Below, piece by piece: positions 14,301 through 26,264 of a stretch of DNA of 64,000 nt (positions within the stretch are counted from its first letter, which is position 1; each line of letters starts with the position of its first letter). The translations under genes were made by a program, and so were the position numbers. Below the pieces are notes generated by a model. The model was not told the DNA's origin and ran no database searches. It was given only the letters and a program-made list of their open reading frames with translations. Origin of the DNA: Stylophora pistillata (Eukaryota); contig NW_019217946.1 of assembly GCF_002571385.2 (NCBI RefSeq), positions 74,515 through 138,514 of the forward strand. The letters run 5' to 3'.

Positions 14301-17300
14301 CACTGTTCTCCAGTGACATGCAGAAAAGGTTCAAGCCTGCTGATATGTTTAAATTTTATCACTCCCTTACCTTCTCAGACAAAAGAAAAAAAGAAAATTT
14401 TCTTCTTTTTGTAACATTTGTAAAAAAATTCTTGTGCAATCATTTTGTTGGTTATTTTTCAAATTGCCTTTTCTCTCCCCAGAGTCAAGTTATAAGGTTT
14501 TTTTAATTCTCCACACTAAGAAACACTGACAATCTGGTTTCAAATTTAATGTTCCCTAAGAATTTATTGTTTGCATCACATTTACTTGATACAGGAAATG
14601 ACATTGATATTGGAAATATATAGTCTGTTTTAGTCACTCCTGTTATCTCAAAGGGTACGCTGTTTGTGCATATTGAAAGATTTTTGTTTTGAGGTACATG
14701 TATTTCCATATAGCAGGATGTTGTTAAGGTGGCACTCCTAAGTCTTTTTGCATAATTATGTTTTTTTTGTCTCTAATAGGAGATGACTTTTTAATGGGAG
14801 GACCAACAGCACATGTAAGGTTATCTACTATCTATTATGTAACAAGTTGTGTTCTGATGATCTCTCCTCACTTCTGTTGTCTAGCCTGTTTCAGGCTCTC
14901 CGTTGGTGGATTTGAGCAATGAGAGGGATCAAGAAATACATATTTGTTGTCAGAGAAATGATTGGGGAACCTGAAAAAACTGTTTTATTAAAAATAAATG
15001 CTTAATTTCTCCTCTGATCCACCCACCTCTGCATAAAAAGTGATACATTAATTTTATCATTGTGTGCTGTTGGGTTTTGGTTGAGTATTGTTGCAATTTC
15101 TGTCTTTCATAACTGAACAGGTACAGTTCCTCCGCTATACCTTGTTTATTTTTTATATGTAAAATTTAGTTGACAGTGATTGTTTGGATGTAATATTTTG
15201 TAGCTGGAGCCACTAGAGAAAGAATGGCTTGTATCAGCAGCTAAAGGAAACAGAGCACAGATCATGTGTCTCTTGGAACAGGATCCCAACTTAGCAGCTA
15301 AAAGGGTGAGTCTTTTAATATGGTTATGTATATGTGTAAAGGTTTTATGGTTGCAAAAAGACTGATACAACAATACAACAATGCTATACAATAATATCTC
15401 TTTCATCTGCAATTTTCATACTTTTCTCTGGTTTTTGGCGTAAAATTTTCTGGTCCATAAAAAATTGAAATATAATTAATTTTTAAAATTACAACAGATA
15501 AGTTCCAGGAAGTAGTTCTTAATGAGTATTTCAATGACAAACTCTGAAAATATGTTATCTTCTTTTCCATTTTAGGACTTTATGCAGGTATGTAAATTAT
15601 CTATTAGTTTAAGTATGATTTGCGAATTATTAATTAGAATTATCTCGAAAGATTACTCAAAATGTATTGTACAATAATTTTTTTTTATTGATTTAAGATG
15701 TTTGTCCACTTTCTGTACCTTTGCTATAAATGTACAATGTAAAGCTGAATGATATTTATCCCAACCCTTCAACCACCAAGAGTGACCAAGACAGAATTTC
15801 TCCTTACTGTACGTAACAAAACAACATCATGCAGAGAGGTGGCGAGAATAAAAACAATATCGATAAAGGGATTGCTAATTGATTCAATTATACTAAATTC
15901 TCATTCACTAGCATCATAAGAATTGTATGGTGGAAAGTAAAAAGAATTAATCGTGGGATCGAGTCAGTTGCTAACTCTACTTTGTTTTCTCTCTTCATTG
16001 CATGTTGAAAGGGGGTAAGTACATTGCTTCTGTATTTTGGCAATTTTATGTATGAAATACAATGCTGTTTATCTACAGTTTTTGATCAAAGTGCTCAGTT
16101 TTTAAGGATCTGTAGGGGACTCTGTTATGGATATTTAAAGTGTAATGGAGCTCATTTTGAAGAAGAGTTTATTGCACATGCTTGGAAAACAAGTGATAGA
16201 AATATCCTTGATTCAAGTAAATGTCAATCAATTAAAATGTGCAAATTACTGAATATTTACCGAAAGGTGTTTTTTGTCTTAATCATCAAAATTGACAAAA
16301 ATTTTCTTGTTGTCAAGTGATGAAGCAAGCAATGAATTAAAACAGTTGTGTTGTTTATATTAACATTAATTTTGTCCTTTTTTTTTCTCTTTCATATAAA
16401 TGCATCTGTCAAAAATTATTTTCATTGTTCCTATGTTGGTTCATGAAAACTGTAGTATGTAAGTACTGATTTAATTAATATGAATTTTGCACATTAAACG
16501 AGAGTGAAAAGTGATTGCACTTGTAGGGTAGGGGAGACTATGAAAACGAAGGGAGGGGTGTCTCAGGCTAGTCTTGGCAAATGCACATCAGTTCTTTTAT
16601 GCTATCATTAATATTAGGAACTTGGGAGCTCCGCGTTTAGGCTTGGCTACATCTATACATTATGAATTATACACATTAAATGAGAGTGAAAAGTGATTCT
16701 GTCTCTCAAATTCTTCCTACACTAAATGTAACAAAAGTACGTGTCTAGCAAAAAAAAGGTAAAATCAGGCAACTTTTTTTTGGTATTTGGAATATTTTTA
16801 TTATTTTGTGGACCATTCGTTTCCCTATGTGATCTTAAACAACAGGACTCCCCAAAAACCAATCAAGCAAATAATTATACTCATGCTTATTAGAGTCAAG
16901 CATGAGACTTATTAGAGTCAAGCATGAGACTTATTAGAGTCAAGCATGTTTGCTTGTTTCGTTTTTTGGGAGTCCTTCTGTTTGCCATCTCCTTTTGGAG
17001 GAAGTCGCATACGTAGGGGCAGCAGGACTGAGTAAAATATAACTTTTACATTAAAACGTAGTCTAGTACTGCCTACAAATTTACGTACAGTGTGGAGCAT
17101 TAAAAGTGGAGCCTTACACGTGAACCCACAAAAAATTACTAATTTCATCATCATAGCAATTTAGTGATTAACAAAGATTAGTATATACTAAAACAGTGGA
17201 TAGCGTTGAAGGCGCGCTCTGATTGGTTAGTCAAACTCCGAATATCCTTTGCTATTTACCTCCGAACAACTCGGGAAAAAATGGCGTCCTGGTTTGCATT

Positions 17301-20300
17301 TGTGACAAGCGAAGAAATCACTCAAATTAACGACGAAGCAGTCCCTTAAAACACAAATAAAGCGACTAAATTTGGTTTGGCCGTGTTTAAAGGTAATGGT
17401 GTAAGGTTCTAACCCGGAGTTTATCGATAAAAACCAATGAGAAAGGTTTTGTTTACAAATGCAAATTAATCTTGCGTGACCTCACTTGTTCACTTCCTCG
17501 CGTGAAAATGTTGGAATCGTTGCTGGAATGTATGAATTAAAATCAATTTTTGTTGGTGTATATTATCTCACTGTTTGAGTATATACTAAAACAACTATTC
17601 ACCTCAGTGTCGGTGGTTAGCGGTGGATATTTACCTCTCCGCTTCACGGCTCGGTTAATATCCATCACTAAACACCTCCACTTCGGTGAATAGTTGTTAA
17701 TTAATTTCAAATTTTGCTTTGGGTTAATAAAGCTTTTCAGGAGTAAGTTCTCATAGCAAGGTTTTGGCAACTTTAAAAGTGTGGAATAATCAATTGGACA
17801 AGAGTAAGGGGTAACACTGATGGAAATGACTTGAATCTCCACAGAGTGCAATCCACTGGGCAGCCAAGCATGGAAGAGCCGACATAGTAAAGCTTCTAGC
17901 TAGTACTGGAATTGATGTGAATGTTAGAACGGTATGGAAATTTTTTTTTTAATCCTTCGGTCTTTTACATCAAAATGATATCAAATTTAAAATTATGACG
18001 CGATCCTCAAGCAAACAAGATGAAGCAACCCTTTTTTCTGATTGACTACCCAACCAGGCAAGATGAAACAATTGTAGTGTTCTGATTGTTTACTCAGCCG
18101 GGCAAGGATTGTCCGCATTTTGTCAGAAAAAAAGTTTAGTTTGCAACTTCTTGACAGGGAAAAAGCTTTGAACCGTATCTTTTTTTACTTTTTTTTTTTT
18201 ATTATTTGGAAGAGTAGTCAAACTAAAACACTCTGGAAAAAACGACTTTTAGTAATCCTGTTTATTGTCTCGGAATGGTTACATAGATAATTGTGATCTC
18301 ATTTTCTTTTGATCTTTTCTTTCATAATCCTGATTATTATCTTGGTTTTTTAAACAGAATGTAAGTATCAGTCGAATTATTCTTAACCATAGATTGTTTA
18401 TTTACTGTTTATCTTGTGCCTTTTTATAGTGGAGAAGTTTATTTACTGTTTATCTTGTGCCTTTTTATAGTGGAGAAGTTTATTTACTGTTTATCTTGTG
18501 CCTTTTTATAGTGGAGAAGTTTGAATTAGTAGACATTGTAGAGATATTCCACGAGTACTGATGAGTTGTTGTTTCTCTCTCTTTGTCCATTTACTCCATG
18601 GATTACTTCAACATATCTCCTAGGGGGTAAGTCATTCCTTTCTAACTGTTTATGTATCGTGATTATTAAAAAACGGCTTTAGTGTATGCCAGTTTTTAGA
18701 ACCTGGAATCAAAATTTTTCATTTTGTGACTTTCAGGTCTTTTCTTGATCTTCTTCATTCTTTAGCATTATTGTCCATCTAAGTGTTTTCTATCTACCAA
18801 ACAAAACAAACAAAGCCTTGCATAGCTTCTTTTACTTTTAGGTGATTTCGCCCATTACATATACTTATTAACCAAGCGCGAGGGCCGTACTGGGAGAATA
18901 TCGGCCCGAGGTCTTGACAGTACGGACCGAGCGCAGCGAGGTCCGTACAAAAAAGACCGAGGGCCGATATTTTTCCAGTACGGTTCCGAGCAAGCTTGGT
19001 TAATAAGAGATTTATTACACGACTGAAGTTCAAAGGGACACAAGTGCGGTTTCATTCGGGACCATTCGGAACAGTGCCCGGTCCAATACTGAGAGAATAT
19101 TGACCGGCAATAGAGCATTTTGATTGGTTGATTTTAGTTATTGGCCCTCTGACTTCCCGAGTCGTGTAATAAAATGCGTTACGCCACGAGAAATTGAGAA
19201 ATTCAAATCTTGCAGCGAGTTTCTAGTAAAGCAGCAGCCAATTTGTGGTAATTGTTCTTCCTTCCTCAGGGGTACACTCCACTTCATCTCGCTGCCATGC
19301 ACGGACGCGATGAAGTCATAAAAATTCTTGTCTCTGAATATGGTGGGTTGACACACTTTTGATATTTTATTCTACTACAGTAATAGTATACGCATTGAAA
19401 CATTCATTGAAATTAACCTAAAGGTGTAGATATTTAACTGACGGTTATTTTGACTGCGTTATTTTACAGATGCGGATATAAACTGTCGTGACTTCAGTGG
19501 CAAGAAACCGAAACAAATGGCCAGAGTCGAAAACCTGACGATTGAAGCACAAGGTACATGAACCGGAAACAGAAGATTATCTTTTGAAAATAAATAATTT
19601 CTATAGCTATTTATTACACAAAAAATTAACTTGCAATCAACTTGAAGAGATAGTTGCAATAAATTCAAATCAGAAGCAAGTAAGGGTGATTATATGCACT
19701 GATGTGTAGGATAAGGGTATCAAAGAGCGTCAACTTTTAGCTCGGTCTTCGTGTAACGAAAGTTGCAATTCCTGTTTTCATGAGCGTGGGAGACAGTGGA
19801 AATCTGAATCCCCGCGTGAAAAGAGTCAGACTTCTTCGTAGATTGAGAAAAGGCCACCGTTGGCAATTCGTTGTAATGGGTGGCATTAAGTTGCTCTGTA
19901 ATAATCATTGGTTGTAGTGACTTATGCAGGCTAATTTGCTTTCTTCTCAGGGCTTCTGGAGTATCAATTCCGAAATTATTCAGGTACTGAAAAAGATAAC
20001 CTTTTTTATGTTTGCTTTGACAATTTTAAGAGTGATGTTTGATTGAGTGTAGCAAAATCGAACTGGCCAAAATGCCAGGTGATTAAAACGCCCTTGGAAG
20101 ATTTCTAGACGCCAATGAGATCTCAAAGGAAATGACTTCAAAAACACGGGCAACCAAGCCGCACTGAGCATCTGATTGGCTTAGTTGAAGGTGTGAATTT
20201 ATCTAAACCAATCATATATAACAGAAGTGTGAAACCAAAGATATCGCGTCAACTCCCAACACTCGATTGGAAATATCTCTTATTTAAGTTACTGAATATC

Positions 20301-23300
20301 AAGATAGTCTGGAAGCCTCTAAGTCACTCAAGCGGCTTCCAATCCTAACTTGTCTCGAAGTGTGCCTTTTCATTTTTTAAGAGACTGTACAGGCAACAAT
20401 AGTGCTCCTTTTAAAAATTAAGTTTCACCTAGTCATGTGACAACATAATTGGTAATTCGTGTTTATGGCGTGTCCTTTTTGTGAGGGGCAGGCGAAAAAA
20501 AATGTTTTTAAAAGGGTTTATACAGTGTATCAGCTATAGGTGATGCGAAAGCAACAACGGTCCTCTGCCCTCTAAAGGTTCGAAGTTATATTTCACTTTC
20601 TTTAGGGGTCTTAATAGGAATTTTGTTTGGACAAGGTACTTGATGATGGGTGTGAAAGGGGGAAGGGAGGTAGGGGGATCTAGGAGGGAGGGGGGTGTGG
20701 ATGGAGACAAAGATGGGGGAGTGGATGGAGATAAAGGTGGGTTGCCCAAGTTGGTTTTCTTACTTGGTTTGAGTTAGGTAGTTTATTATGGAATTTGTCA
20801 GGTAATTATGAAATAACGAGAGAACATGCACATTTGGTATTGTGTTTGTTGAGAGTCTTTTATCCGATGCTACTACTGAACTCAGATGAGGTTTCAAGTC
20901 CAAGTATAACCAGAAGGTATAGCGAGATCTTCCTGGCGGGAATACTTCGATTGAGTCGACGGGGCAAGAAAGACAGGAACGATGACTCGGATAAAGCTAC
21001 CAAATAGCTTGAATGAATATCTTCATGCTGATGGCTAACTCAAGGTTCTGGAAAACGATGTTAACGCATTTGAATTTATAGAGTTACAGTAGGCTTTATG
21101 CGAGCTATCTTTGCGACAGCATGCTGTATATTAAAAGTAGGGATACTAGATTTTTTTCAACATTCAACTTCAAAGTGTAAATTATTAATGGTGTTAAAAT
21201 AAGCTGAGCAAAGGCAACATGCTATGGTTAAGGAGATGCCACCGAGGTGGAAAATTTATGACAATGTAGCGGTTTTTTTTTTTTTAATGACGTACCTTCT
21301 TTCTTCGAGGTGAAGATACTCTGCGTAAGCAAGAACCTATTTTAGATCTTTGCGCAAATATCAACAATTTTATTAAAAAGTCTTGTCAGTTTTTTACTTA
21401 TATCCGACAGATATCGCTTGCTATTTTGAATAGTTCCGGTGCAGCGACGATGAGTTTCTTTTGTACTGAACTTGACGTCCTCCTGTTTCCCATTGATAAG
21501 AAGGGCGAAGAAGAGTCTCGTTTGCAAAGTTCGATACTTTCTCCATCTTTTACAAAAGCAAAGAAAACTATTCATTCATTCATTCATTCATTTTATTTGC
21601 CATTACCAGAAAAAAATTAACCGAATACAAAATTTATGATACATCAAAGATAAAAAGAACTATTCTAACTAAATTAACTTCAAAATCAAAGGAACTGAAG
21701 AGGTAACAGCAAGGAAGCCTATTAGAAGCCGGGGGCTTATAAAGTATAGGCTTCCTTAAACTATAGGATAAACCATACAAATTAAAGGTGCTGAATGAAA
21801 ATTGAGATCAAGTTAAAAAAAAAAAAGAAAAAAGAAAAGGGAAAGGTGTGTAGCTTAACAAAGAATATATTTAACTAAGAAAGAAGAACGTTTTTTTAAG
21901 CCTTTTTCTAAACAAGCTGATGCTTTCAGAGTATTGAATTTCCCTACTTAGCGTGTTGAAAAACTTTGGACCTTGAAACCGAATTGAAAATTTTCGAAAA
22001 TTAGTTCGACAATGAGGTATGTGGAAAAAGTTGGAATTTCTTGTATTATAAGAATCTATCTGGCTAGCAAGAGTAAACATACCATGGAAATAATTAGGAA
22101 GTGAGCCTCTTTTAAACAGATACATCAATTTACCTCTTTGGTAGAATTAGATGTCCGAGAATTTTAAGATCCCATGTTCTTTAGAAATAACATCGGTATG
22201 AAACATTTAAAAGCCTAGATTGTTGAAAGTTGGCTTTTCCCCCTACAACGTCAAACAGAACATAGTTTCTCTTGCAACCTTGCGGTCATATGCAAAGCCT
22301 CGCAATCGATTTATTCGTGTCACAGTTTCGTGGTTACGTTTGTTTGATCCTAGTTCAATTTGCATTTTTGCTAGTTCCTTGGTGATAAGGCTTTTTTTTT
22401 TTATTTAATACCTGTGCTTGTACGTTCGTATCATAGAAGTTCGTTTCTATCTCAGAAAGCATCTCAAGTTGTAAAACACTGCTTGAAGTAGACGTACATG
22501 AAATGCGAAATTATAGTGATAAGAAAGGTACTCTCCTCTCTGCAGCTGCTCAAAATGTCCATGGAAATTCCAAGTCTATCAACTTCTGTGTTTAACAACA
22601 TCTTAAACAGCTTCTTCGATGGTCCCTAATCTTTTGGGAAGTCTCGTGGTTTTTTTCATTTTTCTTTAGTTCAGTTTTGGCAACAGTGATGGCGGAGTGG
22701 ACAGAAGATTGTTGATGTTTTATCTCTTGTAATATTCTAGTATTCTCAGTAATGACTTTCTAGCCTTGTGCGTAAATCTCACTGATCGCTTTGCTGTTAG
22801 AGCTAGAACTGTGTACAGTGTCCGTAAACGAACTAAAACTACATTTTCCCAGGTTTCTAAGTGACGGAACACAGTCACGTGACAACATCTCGCACTTCCA
22901 GTTTTTCTCTAGATAATGCAGAATAGGTCAATGTTGCACCACTGGTGACGGCTACTTAGGCGTCCTTCTCATTGAAGTTAGCGAGGTCACGTAACTGGTT
23001 GTCAACAGTTAGCGTTTCACGTTGTATGTACTTTTTTTTAGTTTACATTGCCGAACTTTTAAAAAGCTATTTCACGTGTTAGGGAACCTTTCAGTGATTA
23101 TTGTAGCATTCTGATCATATTTAAGACTTGCGTACTTATGTAATCAACAGAGATCTTTACTTACCTTGAGCATGCTGTGACAGAAGGGGCGTAATGGTGT
23201 AGCTTAGATATTTCAACAAAGCGGAATGTAACTGCTGTTTCAGCGGGGAAAAATTTGCTATATCCGGCCTGTCTAGTAGCAATTCGTCTGATTTTACTTG

Positions 23301-25506
23301 AATGCTATTATCATTTTTCTGTAGTTTTTGGGGTTACTTTAATTTTTTTATTGTGATTTTTGTCGGAAAAGGGAGGGTGAAGGGGGATTTTATATGTTGT
23401 CGACCAAGGAAAATCCTGACCAGTTAGTCTGTTTTGGGAAAGAGTTTATGTACGCTTATTAAAAACTTCCATAGAAAAATGCACATCATAATTTATTGCC
23501 CGTTGAGTCACCGGCAATGTGTAATTTTCTCTGGACTTGGCTTTGTTTGGTTGATGGATGGGGTAGAAGGGATAAGAAAACTTAGATCTTTGTTTTTTTC
23601 TTGGATTGTTACATTTGTGCGTTGGTATTTTTCTTCCATCCGATATAGACAGCTCAGCACTTTTGTTTTCTTGCTTTTGTACTCCTTAATGTCTGCATCA
23701 TCATTGTCAATACTAGTTTGTTCTTGCGCTGTTAGTTAGAGCCGGCGTGTGTGATGAACGACTTGATTTTATGCGGAGATTGGGTGCTGTTTACAACGTT
23801 TACCTTGCCCAGCGGTCATGCTAACGGTGATGTTTTCGCAAGTAATATGGCTCAAAATATTTCCAACAGATTTTATAGGAATGCATGAAGAGTAGTTTGC
23901 AGTTCTTTACAAGCTTTTACTAGACAAGGACCGTAGTTCACAAAACTGATATGCCACTAGTCAATGTTGAATTAGCTCATATAGATGTTTTGGTCAGGAC
24001 AAATGTTGGGGAAATTTTTAAGGGGTGTTAGGGGAATTTCTAATTCAGCAGGACCTCGGTGAAAAGTGTATCTGTCAGGGAAAAAAACTTGCTTGTTGAA
24101 AGCGAATAGGAGGGAAAGCAGTGGTGTATAATGAAACTTTTTGTGCTTGTTTTGCAGATACATCATCGGAGTCGTCAGGCTACGGCTCGATCAGTAAATA
24201 CGGCTCCCTTAGCTCCAATCCAGGTGTGGCGATGTCCAGTCACTACAACAACAGCGAAAAGGGCGGTGGTAAAAACGAAGCGCCCGATGATAAATCCAGG
24301 TCAAGATCGGTGAGTTGTGTTCTTTTCCTTTCTCAGTTGTAAACCCCCCCCCCACCCCCCACTGTGACCCGTCCCCCGGCTTCCCCCGTCTGTAAGAATG
24401 GAAAACAGTGTAGAAAGATGTTTGGGCCTTTGTGCAGTTAAAAGAGGAGAAATATATGATGTACAGATGTGTGGATGGAAGAGCAGAAAGACTGGACGTT
24501 GTGCAATCGATGTCATGCTTTTAGGATCTAGCGATAACCAAATGCCTTGAAAGCGTGATATTAGTTGCATTCTAAAAGCCCGTCTGTTCTCGCTTTTACA
24601 TCTTCTACATCAACACGTATAGCCCACAATCAGACATATCTAATCCTACATGGCTGCTGTTTCTCACTTATTTCTGTGTAAGATCCCTGATGTGACAACA
24701 GATCACCATTCGCGCGCCAAAGCGACTCGCGCGTCAAAACGACTCGCGTCTTACGAGCTGGTTCGGTAACTCGTGACTCGCTCGATTTTGGGAGGTTTGC
24801 GTGCATGTAAACGATCTGAAGGTGGCTAGTACTAGTTTCCTCGCGCGGGGAACAGGTCACTCTTGCGTCACGCGGGAGAGAAACGTGCGAAAGAAGCGCG
24901 AGATTAAAAGACGAAAATTCAAAACAAAGATGGCGGCGCGAGGCTTTTTTCTACTTTTGTAAGAAGTTTACCTAACAGCGTGTATTTGATGTGTTGAACG
25001 GCCACTGCGTATGCAGGAGACAGAAACGAAGATAAAGAAGATGATTCTCGGAGACATAAAGGTTGCTTCACTTCTAAACGAAATATCCAACCGATATGAA
25101 ATCTTGCGACGGCGAAAAAAGGAGAACTCAAGTGAAGGATAATCTGCCTGAGGTGGAAGAAGAATGTGAAACTTCAAAGAAAATGATATAATATAGCCAG
25201 AAGTTGGGAGTAGGTCCTTTAAGATGGGCCCGGGAGGCTGTCTTTGACGGCTATTGAATGATATTTTCTAAGCAGTAAACGTCTGTAAACATCAAATCGT
25301 AGGTGCTCGCGCGAACACACGCGATAGTCAGCGGTAGCTATAACAGATTATGAGCAAACGCCAATGTTATAGAATCCAGATTTTTAAATGCGCGAGAACG
25401 CGCGTGGGAATTGCTAAACTCACGAAAGCTATTGCATGAAAACAAGTCCGGTGACCCCTTCTTTTTACTGTTCCAGTATGATAATAACGTTGAAAGGAAT
25501 CGTCAG

Positions 25507-25539
<33 letters not shown>

Positions 25540-26228
25540 ATTTGCGATGCGTGAAAATTACCTTTTTCTGGATGTTCTGATATTCCGCCCCGTAGAATTT
25601 TTTTAAAATCTTTGTGCATTTTCCTTTTCAAGTGCCGAAGCAGTCACTAAGAAAAATCACGGGGTCACCGAGTTGGTTTTCAAATTATTTGAGCCATAAG
25701 CTAAAAAAACGCGTCTGAATAATCCTTTGAAAGCGTTGCAATGGAAACTGCTGGTGACGAAATGACACCTATTTTTGGATAGCCAATGATTATATAATTC
25801 AACCCTGTAAAAGTGTTCAACTGGCCTTGGTCAGTCTTTTTGTTGTATTCTTTTTAAAGTTACAAAGCATCAAAAGATGAAAACTGGTACCAGGCACCTT
25901 AATAGAATCGCGTGGATGCGTACAAGCCTAAGTCTAGACTGTTTTCAGTTTTTTTCTTTTTTCATTTGGGTTCTACTCGCACGTATGCACGGACGGAAAA
26001 ATNNNNNNNNNNNNNNNNNNNNNNNNNNNNNNNNNNNNNNNNNNNNNNNNNNNNNNNNNNNNNNNNNNNNNNNNNNNNNNNNNNNNNNNNNNNNNNNNNN
26101 NNNNNNNNNNNNNNNNNNNNNNNNNNNNNNNNNNNNNNNNNNNNNNNNNNNNNNNNNNNNNNNNNNNNNNNNNNNNNNNNNNNNNNNNNNNNNNNNNNNN
26201 NNNNNNNNNNNNNNNNNNNNNNNNNNNN

Positions 26229-26264
<36 letters not shown>

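Noticed and set aside
18396-18522. CRISPR-like repeats (also 16887-16948)
   Set aside because: No spacers and a eukaryotic intron context; these are simple tandem repeats.
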